NCBI RefSeq assembly: GCF_009834535.1 | Contig: NC_045696.1 | Coordinates: forward strand, 14,262,001-14,326,000 | From: Camelus ferus | Lineage: Eukaryota | Length of the DNA: 64,000 nt | Direction of reading: 5' to 3' | Shown: piece by piece, positions 1-13,729 of the stretch | Position numbering within the stretch: position 1 is the stretch's first letter | How the letters are laid out: the number at the start of each line of letters is the position of its first letter | The notes under the pieces: model-generated | The model's input: the letters and a program-made list of their open reading frames with translations, nothing else | Databases searched by the model: none | What the model was told of the DNA's origin: nothing | Made by a program: the position numbers and the translations under genes

Positions 1-2885
1 TAGGAACAAAATAGACAAAAGAGTCTGATGTACTGGGGCCAAATAATAAATGTATTTAAACATCAAGGTAAAAGGTATGGAATTCATTCTAAATGTAATG
101 GAGAACAATGGAGGCTTTTGAGCAAATGAATGACATAATCAGGTTGATATTTTGAGATACAGTGATCATTACTTCTTTTCCAATTCAGTTAGTCATGTCC
201 TATTTCTTTGAAACCATTGTTTTCTCAATTACTCTTGAGTAAAAATCTTTCCTTGAGGACTGGAGCTGATTGCATTGGATTTGTGGCAGTTTTTGTAAGC
301 AGCATTCTCCAACTATATTTCCAGGAACACTGGGTCTGGAAGGTATTAAAAGGTATTCCAAGAACCAGAGTTTCCAAGATGAAAAATATACTGTCAAATG
401 CTATAAAATAAAGCCCCTCCCAGGATGTTCACAACTTGCATTTATTCTTTAAATTTTACTTGAGCACCTCTTATCTGACAGGCACTGTAATAGGAATATC
501 AGCTGGAATGTAAGGGGAGGATCTGTAAGTGTCCTCTAGAGAACCATCATATGGAGAGAACTAATCCAACATTGTTCAACAAACTATCATATCTGTGCAA
601 TAAAAATAACTTTTAAGTTAATAAATAACTTTTTAAGTCCTTTTGAAAGGTGCTATTTTAGAATACGTGCTAAAATATAAAGGTCTTATGAGTGTACAGG
701 CTTCCTGGAGAAAACGATGGACTCTTCTACACAGCACAGGGGAATAAGCCATATTACGTCAAATAGGTTATTTTTTAAATAAGCATTTGGAAGGCAGTTT
801 TGCCTGAATTAAACTGACTATTTTCAAAATAAACTTTTGATAGAGCTGAATAAATTTTCTACCAAATTAATCTCAATGTAACCTCAGTATGGAGTTACTT
901 GACCATGAGAGTTGAAAACCATTTTGTAAGATGCTGAGTAAGGGTTGAGTTTTAGTTTTAAAAAATCTGTAAAAAGCTTCTGAAATTTGATACTTTATTG
1001 GAACCATTTTTTGTTGCAAACCATCTGTATTATGACATACCTATACTGCGTATTTCTTTGCATAAGTGTCTTATGTTACTAATTGTAACACAGGTAAGGT
1101 TTTTAAGAAGAAAGAACTCATTATTTTTAATTTTTTGTTTTATTTTGTTCTGCTTCTCTACACCCTGGAAACCATCTTGCCTAGGCCAGCATCTTTAGAA
1201 TGCTAGGACTGAGTCATGTTTATCTTGTGAGATTATTTTGTTTATAATTTTATTCATTTTAAGTATCTGCTTGTTTTAAGATTTTGGACTTCCATGTAAC
1301 TATAAAGAAATGTGGTTGCTTTTTTTCCCTACCCAAAAAATGTTAAATTGTGCTGGATAAGATTTCCTTACCACTTAAGAAATTTCCACTCTGGAAATTC
1401 CTTCCTACTTAATTTCCCAATTATTGATGATAATCCATTATGTGACTACCTTCAGCTCATCATTAGCAGAAATTCTTCACATTCAATAAGATGCAAAATT
1501 GACTACAACTTCATTCATCTTTCTCACTTTCTTCTTTTCATTTTTGCACCAATAGTTCCAGGTTAATCATAAATGGTGACTCTGTGCCACTCTGAATAAA
1601 ACTCAGAATTTTTGCACCCCCAATAGTCATTTGTAAAATAAACCTGTATGTCTTACCACCACAGCCCTCTCCATAAAACCACCATAAAGTCCCAAAATAT
1701 GTGATGGTAAAGTTTAAGTTTTATATTTTTTCTCCAGCTTGCTTCTACTCTTTACCAAATATACTATTAATCTGTTAAGCCAGTTTTTCTTTCTTGAATC
1801 TATGCTTTTTCTCTACTCCTGGAATATCATCAGATTTGGAAACCTTCATTTGTTTACCCTTCCGGAAGTTGCTTAATTCCTATGTTCTTCATCTTCCATG
1901 AAAGTTTCTCCAACTTCAGAGAAACAAAGTGTGAATATTAACCTTCATTCATCCACAAAAAAATTAGAAAATAGAAAATAAGTCATTTATTATCCCACTA
2001 GCTACTTTGTAATTTTTATTTATTAGATTTAATCTATCCAGTTCAATAAAATAGCCACATAAAAATTCAATACTATTATAATATTAATGGAAATTCCTTT
2101 AGTTCAAAGTCAGAGTTCATTTAATGTGTACTTTAAAATGCACCCATAATTTATAGTAGATTTCATCATGTGCAAGGAATATTTAATAATTATAGATTTA
2201 TGTAAATAAATACATTTAATTTTGAAAGTGGGTGATTGGACTGAAAATCAGTCATATCTGCTTTGTGTTTTCCCTTCAGTCTCAGAGGATGAGCAACTTT
2301 TTTTCCTTCTGTCTCATCATTAGCCCTCCATCAGTGTGGCAGCCTGCTTTGTTTTCTTGTTTTATTTCTTCTGGCTCCTTCTTCATCAGTCTCTTCAACT
2401 CCAGTTTCTTCCTCTGCCTACTTGTCTCTAAGAGATTTTTAATGTTTTATTTTGCCAAGCCCAGTGACCTTTCTCCATTTTTGTTTTTCTCAACCTCTGC
2501 TGTGTTCATCACAATTGATCACCTTCTTTTTCAAACCCTTTTCAACAACCCCATAACCTCCTCATCTTCTTTGTACTACTTCACAACTCTCACGTGTTCC
2601 TTCTTTTATACTTCTCCCTTTATCCTAATTCTTACTAATGGAGTCTTCCAGGATTCCATTCTTTGACCTTACACCCTCTTCCTCTAAATTCTTTTTTAAA
2701 CCACAGTTTGTACTCCCAATGCAGCACCTGGCCCATAGAAGGCATCAAAACTTTAAAGAAAAATATGCATGAGTATTTTCTCTCATGTTTACAGCATTAA
2801 GTAACAAATTAATATTATTCCCTTTCAAATTAGTAATTCATGTACTCTCATCCTTCTTGAATCTACAAATCTCAGCTAGATAAGC

Positions 2886-3340
2886 TCCTTCTTTTTTTTC
2901 TAAGAAAGAATAAAGCTTTATTTATTTTTTACTTTTAGTATATATTTTATTGAATTATAGTCAGTTTACAATGCTGTATCAATTACTGGTGTACAGCATA
3001 ATGCTTCAGTCATACATGAACATACATATCCTTTGTTTTCATATTCTTTTTCACTATAAGTTACTACAAGATAAAAGAAACCAAGCTGATACAAAAGAAA
3101 AATTATCAAACCCCCAAAATACTGTATATCACTTTTATGTGAAATCTAAAAAAAAAGACAAACAAACTTATTTACAAAACAGAAACAGACTCACAGACAT
3201 AGAAAATGAACTTATGGTTACCAGGGGGAATAGGGTGGGAAGGGATAAATTGGGAGTTCGAGATTTGCAGATACTAACTAACATATATATAAAATAAGCA
3301 ACAAATTCACACTGTATAGCACAGGGACAGTTTCCTTCTT
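2886..3340 (-). mobile_element. 5'-truncated, 5'-inverted (twin-primed) L1 3'-end insertion, artiodactyl type
   Basis: Poly-T tail and antisense L1 3' end run to ~3073. A sense L1 segment at ~3118-3328 ends in ctgtatagcacaggga. Flanking direct repeat tccttctt at 2886-2893 and 3333-3340. Confidence 0.75.
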
Positions 3341-4285
3341 GAATGTGTTATCATAATCTCCAATCCATGTCTCTGAAACCAAATACATTGTTCCAGAAAA
3401 ACTGACTCCTGAAATATTTCTGCCTGTTAGTAGCACCGCCTCTCTTGACGGTTACCCACGTTCAGTATAAAAGTATCACCTTTACCCACTTGTGTCACTA
3501 AAACAAATAATTTTCTACTGAGAATGTCACATATCCATTTCTTTCCCCTCTCTTATTGCAACAAGCCTAATGTTGGCCCAAATCTGTCTCCTCAGCCTTG
3601 GATCCCTCACTGGACCTTGATTTTCAGACACTCAGAGAATCTGGCATTTCCCCACTTCAGTCTATTCTGCACATTATTACTAAACTTATATCTCCCATCC
3701 CGGATTTCTTCTGTTTAACATTCTGGATTTTGTGCTCTGCTAACTCTAAATCCTCTGTCTGACTCACAGATCTTTTTTAATATACCTCTTCACTGATCAT
3801 TCTCAACCTGTTCAGCACTTGAAGTCATGGTAAGCAAATTATTTATTAAATTCATACATATGTAAGACACCAAACATATTCCATAGACAATTAATTTAAT
3901 GTCCTTTTTCATCTCTGCCTTTGTCCCCAAGTAGTTCTCCCACCTTGAAATTTTCCTTCGTTTCCAATCTGTTGATCTAGTTCTTCAAGCCCAGCTCAAG
4001 TTTTCATTCTGTGGTCACCAGAATTCCTACCAGTCTTCTTGTTTGTGTCACATAGCTATAACACACACTAAGTTTTGTTCTTGAGGTGTTTGTTAGTCTT
4101 CACTTTCCAAGTAGGTTAGTTCTTTGAAGGCAGCAATTGTATCTAATGTGTCTGCAGAACACCCATCACAGCAGGGATCAAGCACATATTAGGTGCTCAG
4201 AGAATCCCTGCTGAGCCTGTGCTGAGCCCAGGAGGAAGCAATATTTGCCACCAACTCATTTATTTGGTATCATTTGCTTAAGAGC

Positions 4286-4470
4286 CAGGGTTGCTGAAAA
4301 TGTGGACCATGGACCAGCAGCAGCAGCATCACTTAGGACCTTGTTTGAAAGGAAAATTTCCAGATTCTACCAAGACCTACTAAATCAGAAACTCTAGCAG
4401 TGGGACCCAGAAATCTGTTTTTTAGGCCCTCTGAGTGATTATGATACACACTGTCATTTAAGAACCACTG
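4286..4470. mobile_element. MER5A-like hAT-Charlie MITE
   Basis: gtggaccatggaccagcagcagcagcatcac...gacctactaaatcagaaactct...ttaagaaccactg resembles the MER5A consensus as recalled. Confidence 0.75.
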
Positions 4471-5110
4471 CTCTGGGTCAATCATCCAGTCATCAGGGCA
4501 ATGTTTCTAGATAAAATAGTGCTGGGCCGCACAAATGGTTAATCTACTAAGCTCTTATTTTTTAGAACATTCTGACCTGCTTAAAATAAGGCAAACGGTG
4601 ATTAACGATGTACTTTTTGTGATTCACAAAGCTTAGGTGATAATGGAAACACAGCCTATTTGCACAATCACGATTCTAAACCTAAAAGATTTTGTAGTGA
4701 AGGTTAATAGTCCACAATTCTTTTAACTTTTGCCTTATTCTCCCCCAAAACTGACATATTATGCAGTTCTGAAATTGGAATCTAAAGGACAGAGGTTATT
4801 GTTGAAAGCCACATACTTCAGAATATTTTGAAAGGTTTTAAGACCCAAACATTAGATTTCAGTTACCCCGTCCACCATTCTTTGTGGATAACCTCAGCTT
4901 AGGGGATCTGAATAGAGGTGCAATCAGGAATGGAGACTACAAACGCTGAAGCTGAGGACCCCAGGGAGATCATGTCATGCTCAGAAAGTTTTAAGGGTAA
5001 TCGAGGGAACTGAATGTTGATCTGTAATCTGTTCAAGGGCCAGAATTGCACAAAGGGAAGCCATGAAGCCCAGAGACAGCAGTTAATTTCATTTCCACCT
5101 AATTGGATGC

Positions 5111-5261
5111 TGTATTATAGTTCTACAGAGGAAAAAAAAAAAAAACAATAGGAAATAGAGAGGAAGGTAGATAGAAAGATGATATATATATATAGATTAC
5201 AATAGAAGATATATAGGATCTAATACATGATATATAGGATATAATAGGAGGTGTATATATA

Positions 5262-5307
<46 letters not shown>

Positions 5308-5681
5308 ATATAATAGGAGATAGGAGAGAGAGATTGACTACAAGGAATTGGCTCACATGATTTTGAGGACGGTCAAGAGTGAAATCTGCAGAGCAGGCTG
5401 GAGTCACAGGGAAAGTTGATGCTGTAGCTACAGTCCAGAGGCAATCTGGAGGCAGGATCTCCCCTCCTCTAGTGGATCTCAGTCTTTGCTCTTAAGGCCT
5501 TCAACTGATTGCATGAGACACACCCAACATTATGGAAGGCAATCTGCTTTACTCAAAGTCTACTAATTTAAATGTTCATTTCTTCTAAAAAACACCTTCA
5601 CAGAAGCACCTAGACTTGTATTTAAGTAAATATCTGGGCTCTCTAGCCCAGCCAAATGGACACATAAAATTAACCATCACA
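5111..5681 (-). mobile_element. MLT2-like (ERVL) solo LTR with internal (TG)n/(TA)n microsatellite
   Basis: TG...CA ends; aaggaattggctcacatgatt, ctttactcaaagtctact and terminal gacacataaaattaaccatcaca; near-TSD gatgc/gatgg; microsatellite at ~5255-5304. Confidence 0.8.
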
Positions 5682-5896
5682 GATGGTGAACTGCGTAAGT
5701 CCACGGTGATTGTTATAAAGTCACTCAGATTCTCCACACATATTTAACAGCAGAGGTACTTTGAGCTTTAATCTCAATCAAATGGAAAATATGTATCTCC
5801 AGGTGGCAGTAAAGAAAAAAGATTTGGCCGCTTTGGGGAAGTTCTTTTCAATTATTTAGTTTGAGGTACAACTTTTCTTAGCAGGCTTTGAGGTAA

Positions 5897-6076
5897 CAGG
5901 AACTTCTCAACAATGGAGGTGCATTACATTTCCTGGGGAAGATTTTATACAATGCCAACAGTCCCATCCCAGGCCAATTAAATAAAAATTTCAGGGATGG
6001 GGTTCAGGCACTGCCAGTTAATGAAAGCTCTTCCGGATGAACTTGATGTGCATAATTCAGATTTGAGAATCACTGC
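5897..6076. mobile_element. MER5-family MITE (diverged)
   Basis: cttctcaac...ttcagggatggggttcaggca...atttgagaatcactg, typical MER5 ends. Confidence 0.55.
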
Positions 6077-6282
6077 TCTAAATGCAGGAAACCCTCCTCA
6101 GCATGTCCTACAAACTCTGTCATCAGATGAATCCAATACTGCAATAGCTGAAAATAATCAGTAAATACAGGGGGTTTGCTCAGAGCACAGACTGAGAGGG
6201 TTCTGGACCAGATCCTGCAATGCTGAGAAGCTTGGAATGATGAAGCTCCTACTTTACAAAGTCTTGGCTGTACTTGAGGCTT

Positions 6283-6717
6283 TGTACAGTCAGGCCACTC
6301 AAGGTGGCTGTTCTTCTGCTTGTCCCCTGCCCCAGCTTGTCATAAATCTAATCCTTAGGCAGGAATGGTCCACCTGCTTGTTTTTAAAGGGAGACATCTG
6401 CCCTTTTGGTGGTCATTAACCTGATGATCTGTAAGAGACATGCCCCAAATGCTGGTTTTCCTGGTAACTGATGAGCCAACCTGATGTCAATTCCTGCTAT
6501 AAATGGTAGCCTCTTTCTCTTTCAAGTAGTGGAGATTGTTGCTATGACTTGTTTGCTGTCCACAGTGGGGGTGTTGCTCCAGGACTCTTTATTTCAGGCT
6601 TGTAAGATCCCCGAGCCAGTAAACCACTGATGTCCCTGTCGCTGCCTCCTGCCTCTTTCTTCAGTCTCACAGCTGGGCAGCTACAAGGCTTGCGGGCCTG
6701 CGGGGTGTAGCCCAACA
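6283..6717 (+). mobile_element. Probable ERV solo LTR
   Basis: tgtacagtcaggccactcaaggtggc...cccaaca; TATAAA near 6498; AGTAAA polyA-like signal near 6618; near-TSD ggctt/ggctc. Confidence 0.5.
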
Positions 6718-8009
6718 GGCTCCATGTGAACCTCTCCAGATCACTTTTTTCTCCTTTTTCTTCCTTCTCTTCTTTCCTTCTCTTCCCTTCTCCTATCTTT
6801 CCCATCTTCCTTTTCCTCTTTCTTCTCTCCGTTTGTCTCCCCTCTTCCTTTGTTAGAGAGCAAAGGTAAAAGGCTACCATTATCTCTAAGTCAGTAGTCC
6901 TGCCCTCCCTAAAACTTGGAATTCCATCATTATCTTATACTGAGTTCTTTTCTTTCCTTCAGTGCTTTGATGTATTTTCAAGTATGCCAAAAGACATTTT
7001 TAAAAGAAATTACTTATTTAGGAAAAATACAGGTATCTAAGTATTTGCAGAGAAGTCTAGTTGCATTATGTACAAAATTGAATTTTTAAATTAATAGACA
7101 AATCCAAGGACCTTGTTAAAAACCAGATCTTTAAATAATTTGGTTGAGGCAATTTGCTAAGCTTCTGAAGGCAAACATTTTCAATGATGTTATCCCCACT
7201 GCAATTTCACTCCATCAGCATACCAAATCTGTCTATGAAATATTATCTCCTATCACAAAAGCTGCCAACATACAAATCAAAGCACAACAAATAGAAAGAT
7301 CAATTGTTTCTCCCTTTGCAAATCCTACTGTGAGTACAGGTGGGTGTACCCATTTTTAAATGTCAAGAATTAAACTCAGTTTTTAAATGTTTGAGAATTG
7401 ATGTTTAATTTAATGTAAAACCAAATAATTAATGCTTGGTTTACAAAAGATAAAGATTATAGCCAATAAATTAGTTCTAATACATATTTTAAAATAGGTT
7501 TCCTATGGCAAAGGAAATGTCGTTAGAAATCTTATCTGAGTTTCTGTTCCTAGAATATGCCCAAGATCACAATAGCAAAGCAGAATCAGCAAATACAAGG
7601 TTTTTTTCCCTGAATATGTGTGTTTTATGTCTTATGAAAGTGAAATATGGACTTTGAAAACTGAAATCTTTTTGTCAATAAGCAAGGACTTAATATCAAA
7701 ATACTTAGAAGCAACTTGCAAACATGTATTGAAAGGAAAAGCCTCTAAATACAAATCCAGAGAAGAAAAATAGCTCTTAGAAGATGTCAAAATGCATGAT
7801 GTGTGTTATTAAGTCACAATCTAGGAGAAAGGTCATGGGATGGTCTGTGGTCATAGAAATCAGATCTGTAGGTGCAAGATGAGGCTCCTTCACCACATTA
7901 TTCTTCACAGGAGCCAGAGGAACCACTTCCACCAGCATATCATGAGAGTACTTGATCCCCAGTTCCCTACCTCCTTGCCAGGACCAGGCATTAACACTTT
8001 ATTTGTACG

Positions 8010-9440
8010 CACGGGTTCAGGGAGTATATGGGAAATCTCTGCCCCTTCCCATCAATTTTGCTGTGAACCTAAAATTTCCTTTAAAAAATAAAGTCTTAAT
8101 TAAAGGATTCAAAAACACTATTTGTTATTCATCGAATAAAAATATTTTGGTGGCTTTGATACTGACTTCCCTGGCCAAGAGTGAATTTTAATAACTGTTA
8201 ATATGTCTGGAGATTTGTACTTCTCTTACATGGAATGTCTGCTTATTTCCTGTGCATTTCTCTTGCCTGATATGTCTGCATGGAATGTCTGCTCATTTCC
8301 TCTGCCTATTTTCCTATTGGCTTGTATGACTTTCTGTATAATATGACATTAACACTCTTCCATTTATCTTCACTGTGTTCACCTATCTTTTTGTTCATAG
8401 AGTTGAGCTGTCTCTGTTGGTAAAGGTCTCCAGTATCCACAGATTATATGTGTATTCTCTTGGATTTCCCATTTGGCAGGGCTTGTTCTGTTTTGTTTTG
8501 CTTGCTTTATTTCCTAGGTTTGAATCTTTAATCCCTCTGGAATTTCTTTTAGTTAGTGTAATTGGAGGTCCACATCTATTGTTTTCTAGATGGATAGCCA
8601 GTTAACACCATTAAATCAATTTTTCACTATATTGAACTACAAATTGTGCACACATTACATTCTCAAATATACTTTATTTCCAAATTATTTCTTTCCTAAT
8701 TATTTCCAAATTATTTCTTTCCTACTCTTAAACCAAAAATATATCCCTTCATATTTTTTATTGGGACTTGGGAATGTATTTTATATGCATTTAGAATAAT
8801 TATATTCAGTGAAGAATCTGGTAGATGTCTTAGTTTGCATATTAATTTGGGAGAATTAACATTTTATGATAGCTCTTCCCATTCAAGGCAAGAGCAGCAT
8901 ATCAAATTGTTACATTTTTTTCTTTAGAATATCTTATTAGTGTTCTTCAAATAGGTCTTTGCATCTTTCTTAATTTTTTTCCTGAGAATTTTAGATATCT
9001 CACATTATAGCAATTATTTCCCTATTTTCTAACTCTAGATAATTCAGAATCTTTTTACATATTTTTCTGGTGTTCATATATCTTCCAAATTTCCTGATTT
9101 TAATTTTAGTATTTTTTTACTTTTAGTATTTTGAGCTTTCTATGTACACAAGAATGCATTAATCAAAAACGTGTTTCTTTTTCTCAGGAGTTTTCCCAAT
9201 TTTATTTTCTTACCCCTCTACACTTGAGGATGATCATGACAACTGCCAACACTGTGTTCTTCCTAACTTTAACTGGAATTGTTTTATGATTTGGCTGATG
9301 TAGATAAATACTGTCTTTTGGTTTTTGTTAAATTCCCTTATTATATTTAAACAGTTTTCTTATTTTGCAATTTATTTCAGTTATTTTGAGGTAAGAATTA
9401 TTTAAATCTCTCAAATATTTTTTCTCATCTATTTTTTCTT
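8010..9440. mobile_element. Old L1M fragments: sense 3' end at ~8010-8104, then antisense decayed ORF2/3' region
   Basis: ggagtatatgggaaatctct...ttgctgtgaacctaaa...aataaag, followed by T-rich antisense L1-like sequence (ttaatttgggagaattaacattttatgat). Confidence 0.55.
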
Positions 9441-9992
9441 AGCATCGGCGTCTATAGTTTCTATGTCATTTATAATTAAGGGCAGGACACATGCGTTTCC
9501 AGAAAACAGCTCAGTGCTCTTGGGAAGCTCTTCCCTTTGACTAAGGAAACTTATCTTAAGTTGCGTTCAGCTGGCTCTCCAGGAGGCCACAAACTCTCAA
9601 GTCAGTGATGACTATGACTTAAAGAAACCAGACTTCTTCGTCAATAAAGCCTTTTAATAATAGACTGCAGGTTTTGCTCCATTTTAGTATACTCCAATTG
9701 TATATTCTTCCTGGGCTTGTGCAAACAGCCATAGTACAGAGAGAGAAAAAGATGTAAGAAGTTATGTTTGAAAAATGATCAGAAATGAGATCTGTCTTCA
9801 GCGATGTGATGGAACTACTCCATCTAAATCAACTGCAAACAGCTTCTTTGAAATTAAATCATGTTCCTGACAGACAATAGTAATTCTTTACTTTGGTGTG
9901 AAGTTAACAGCCAGGGAGGGAAGAGGTAGATTTCAACTGGACATGTACTTGGAGTGATCATTTCAAAGGCACAGTATGATCTGCAGTGATGA

Positions 9993-10143
9993 TTAGCAGC
10001 AAGAGGAATAGCACCTTCTGTAACAAAAGTGGTTGGTAGCCACAGCAGCCAGATCTGTACCCACAACCATCATCACATGCACAGCTGTAGCAGGAGCCAC
10101 AGCCACAGCCACCACAGGGGTTTCTGTAGTAGTTGTAACACAT
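9993..10143 (-). pseudogene. KRTAP21-2-like high Gly-Tyr KAP with a +1 frameshift (probable pseudogene or variant allele)
   Basis: Reads MCYNYYRNPCGGCGCGSCYSCACDDGCGYRSGCCGYQPL. Removing one base from the A4 run at 10025-10028 restores CYRRCYSSCC-TAA (49 aa). TATA is degenerate (TATATGAAAG); ATTAAA at 9653-9658. Confidence 0.8.
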
Positions 10144-11099
10144 GGTGTCAGGAGATGAGGTTTCAGTTGATGTGTAGAAGCATTTCTGAAGTCTGAATAG
10201 CATCCACTCTCCTAGGACTTTCATATAATTCCAGGGATGGATAGGTCATACCACACATGGGCTCACTTCTCTAATTTGACAACAATTTATCTAAAATGAG
10301 CTCATTCTGTTTACAAAAAATTTGTTAGTTTGACATTGTTTATTGCTATCCTAGGAATCTTCTCAAGCCTTAAAACAAAATAATACACTTGCCAAGCACC
10401 CAAATTTATGCAATCATAATTTTATCTTCCATCATTGCATTTCATGACCATAACAGAACATATCACCAAAGTATGCTTGACCTATAAATATGTGCTTATT
10501 ATTTTGCTCTTTTGATATCTTGGAAATCATCTATCAGACATGAAGCTCTATTCACTGCTATTAATATGCTTTTCATCATCATCATCATCATCATAGATCA
10601 TCTTCTTTTTCCCTTCCCAAATATTTTGCTTTTTCCATTATAATAACACACTACACAGTATAATGCTGGTAAATTTATAAATGGTACATCTTTCTTCTAA
10701 GTTTCAGAGGCTCTGTAGTAGAGATTTTCATGGCACACAGATTAATTCATTTCTTAGTTGAGCCATTTACCAATCATCTGATCATAGAAAACGTCCTCAA
10801 CTTTATGAAATGTAGTTGCTGCAACTGCTAAATGGGAACAAAAATAACTGCATATATTTAAAAATTTGTCAAGAGGCCTGTAGAAAATACATGGGAAATA
10901 CAAAGGTCGCAGCACAGATCCTGGTATATAGTGGAGACTCAATACATTCTATTTCTTTCCTCCTTTGCTTTAATCCAAGTAAAAACATTCCCAAATAACA
11001 ACATCTTTTCCAATATCTATATTTACTTGTACTGATATAGTTATTATACTAAAATTTTAAGGTTTACTTCAAAGTCGCTCTACTTTAATGTTGCTCTAT

Positions 11100-11290
11100 T
11101 AATTAGTGTTTTTTATAACGACTTTTCAAAAATGACCCAACTCCCTCAGAAAATTAACTATCACACGATTGGCCACACTGCACCCTGCCTGAAGCATTTT
11201 AAATAATATTTCTGTAAAAATATAGTCTCTAGCAATACATCCCAGGGCTTGGCTTCATAGCATATTTTGAAGATCAATAATCATGAACAT
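11100..11290. repeat. Locus-specific low-copy non-coding element, copy 1 (candidate enhancer)
   Basis: tcagaaaattaactatcacacgattggcc...ccctgcctgaagcatttt...aaaatatagt...gcatattttgaagatca aligns by eye to 45378-45560. Confidence 0.7.
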
Positions 11291-11929
11291 CTATTGAAAT
11301 TACAAGAACCTAGTTGAGGAAAGCCTGTGTATTTAGTAAAGAGAAACTAGATTTCTGCATTCCAAGATTGTCACAGGATTGCTGTGTAAGAGTAAAGTCA
11401 GTCTCTATACGGAAGTATGGCCATATTGCAGTTGACAATTTCAGAAGAAATGAGTAATGTGTCATTGTACAGGGGCGCCTCCTGATTCATGAGGTCATAC
11501 TCTAAAAGTTCTATGAGAATCACACTAATAGAACATGCACTTTTCCCCTCTTTCCACTACATGTCAATTCAATCTGATTTAAAATGTAGTCTGATCCAAA
11601 TGCCCACACAGCTAGGCAGTATTCTCTACCTGTACAATACTTTATTTGTTGAAAAGAGTTCCTTTTCAGATGTCTATATCTGAACCCTAAAACCATTTGG
11701 TGAGACCAGCAGATTATGAATTACGATGTCATTTAACAAAGGCTGCGGCTCAGGACGCTTGGGCTCCAAATCAAAATCAAGTTTTCTTGGTCTCACATAC
11801 AATCTATATAGTATTCTTCAGAGAAGAGAGGGAAGAAAGAATGTCTATTATTTTATTTTGTCTTACTGCATCATGATACCAATTGATTTCATTTTCTTGT
11901 ATACCTATTATTTTATACCTATTGTTGAA

Positions 11930-13110
11930 AAGGGGTAGTGAAGGAGGACATTCTTGCCTTCTTCCTGATCTTAGCAGGAAACCTAGTTTTCACCATTAAG
12001 CAAGATGTTAGCTGTAGCTTTTTGTGGGTATTCTTTATCAAGCTGAGGAAATTCCCCTCTATTCCTGTTTACTGAGACTTTTTATCATGAGTGGGTGATA
12101 GACTTTGTCAAATGCTTTTTCTTCATCTATTGATAGGATCACATGGTTTTTCTTCTTCAGGCTGTTGATGTGATGGATTACATTAATTGATTTTTTTTAA
12201 TGTTGAACCAAGCCATGCATTATTGGGACAAATCCCTGTTGATCATGCTGTATAGTTATTTTTTCATATGGTGTTGGATTCAATTTTCTAATATTTTGTT
12301 GAAAATTTTAGCGTTTGTGTTTATTTAAGATATTGGTCTGTAGTTTTCCTTATTTGTAATACCTTTGTCTGGTTTTCATATTAGGGTAATGCTGGCCTCA
12401 TAGAATGAGTCAGAGAGTATTCCCTCTGCTACTATCTTCTGAAAGTAATTACAGAGAATTGGTATTACTTATTCCATAAGTGTTTTGTAGAATATATCAG
12501 TGAATGCATTTAGATTTGGTGCTTTCTGTTTTGGAAGGTTATTAATTATTGATTCAAACTCTTTAATAGATACAGTTCCATTAAGATTGTCTATTTCTTC
12601 TTGCATGAGTTTTGGCAGACCATGTGATTTCTTATAGCAAGTCAAGTTTATTAATGATTGTTAGAACCGTCTATAATTGTTTATTAATTTTTATTTAGTT
12701 GTTTAGATGTCTGTTTAGTTTTTTTGACTTCTGTCTGTCTCCTTCATTAAATATGCCCTCTGTGAATACACAGATAGCCATTCTTATTCAGTGTTACATT
12801 AGAGCCCACCAAAAAGATCTAAATGGCAGAGATGTGCCATGTTCATCGATTAGAAAACTCAATATTGTTATGAAGTCCATTGCTCCCAAAATTTATCTGC
12901 AAATTCAACTCAATCTCAGTTAAAATCTCAGGAGGATATATTTGTAGTTGTTGACAAGCTGATTTTAACAATTAGATGAAAAACAAAATAATTAGATCAG
13001 ACAAAATAATCTTGAAAAAAAAACAAAGTAGGAAGTCTCACATTACCTAACACCAAGATCTACTACAACTGTGTAGTGAACAAAACCGTGTGGTATTAGT
13101 GGAATTATGG
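11930..13110. mobile_element. L1 ORF2 fragments (antisense ~11930-12615, sense ~12795-13110)
   Basis: Antisense ttcttgccttcttcctgatcttag...gctggcctcatagaatgagt; sense part translates as DLNGRDVPCSSIRKLNIVMKSIAPK, a decayed ORF2 motif (WRDIPCSWIGRLNIVKM). Confidence 0.8.
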
Positions 13111-13570
13111 GCACTGAATAAACTGTGGATAAAGAATGTAAATGACCCTAAGGCTGAGGTAGTGGAGTAGCTGCCCAACTTTTCAGGGAGGCCACAAATA
13201 CCAACATCAGTAACGATTCTGGCCCAAAAGACGCAATTACTTGCAGGAACAAATGACATTTGTTTATTGAAAAAAAATGCAATTTCTTCCAACTTTGGAG
13301 TACTTATGCTCATGGACAATACAAAACCATAGAATAGAATAACCAAGAATTCATATTTTGGACATAATCAGACTCAGATCTTCTGTCTTCAGGTAACAAT
13401 GAGAGCATTCATAATTTCTCAATAACAAACAGCTTCTTTGAAGTAAACACAGGTGGTATCGAGCCCTTACTTGAATGTAGGAGATTACAAAATGAAGCAT
13501 CCTTTGGGAGAAAAGTGTTAAACTTTAAATATTATTTCAGAGGCATAGTGTATTCTAGGATGTTTTTCTG

Positions 13571-13729
13571 TCAGCAAGAGGAATAGCATCTTCTGTAGAA
13601 AAGTGGTCGGTAGATACAGCAGCCACAGCCAGACCCATAGCCACAACCAGAGCCACAGCCATATCTACAACCACAGCCAGAGCTCTATCCACACCCCCCA
13701 TAGGAGTTCCTGTAATAGTTGCAACACAT
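13571..13729 (-). pseudogene. KRTAP21-2-like pseudogene
   Basis: Reads MCCNYYRNSYGGCG*SSGCGCRYGCGSGCGYGSGCGCCIYRPLFYRRCYSSC*. TAG at codon 15 (13685-13687). TATA mutated to TATGCAAAG; AATAAA at 13263-13268. Confidence 0.88.

Noticed and set aside
2232..2666. 144-aa Phe/Ser/Leu-rich ORF
   Set aside because: Non-ATG start, pyrimidine-rich L2-like decayed sequence, and no protein family resemblance.
6542..6880. 112-aa Lys/Glu/Arg-rich ORF
   Set aside because: Comes from a CT-rich low-complexity tract plus LTR sequence.
8229..8722. Short local direct duplications (catggaatgtctgc x2; ttatttccaaattatttctttcct x2)
   Set aside because: Ordinary slippage duplications within decayed L1.
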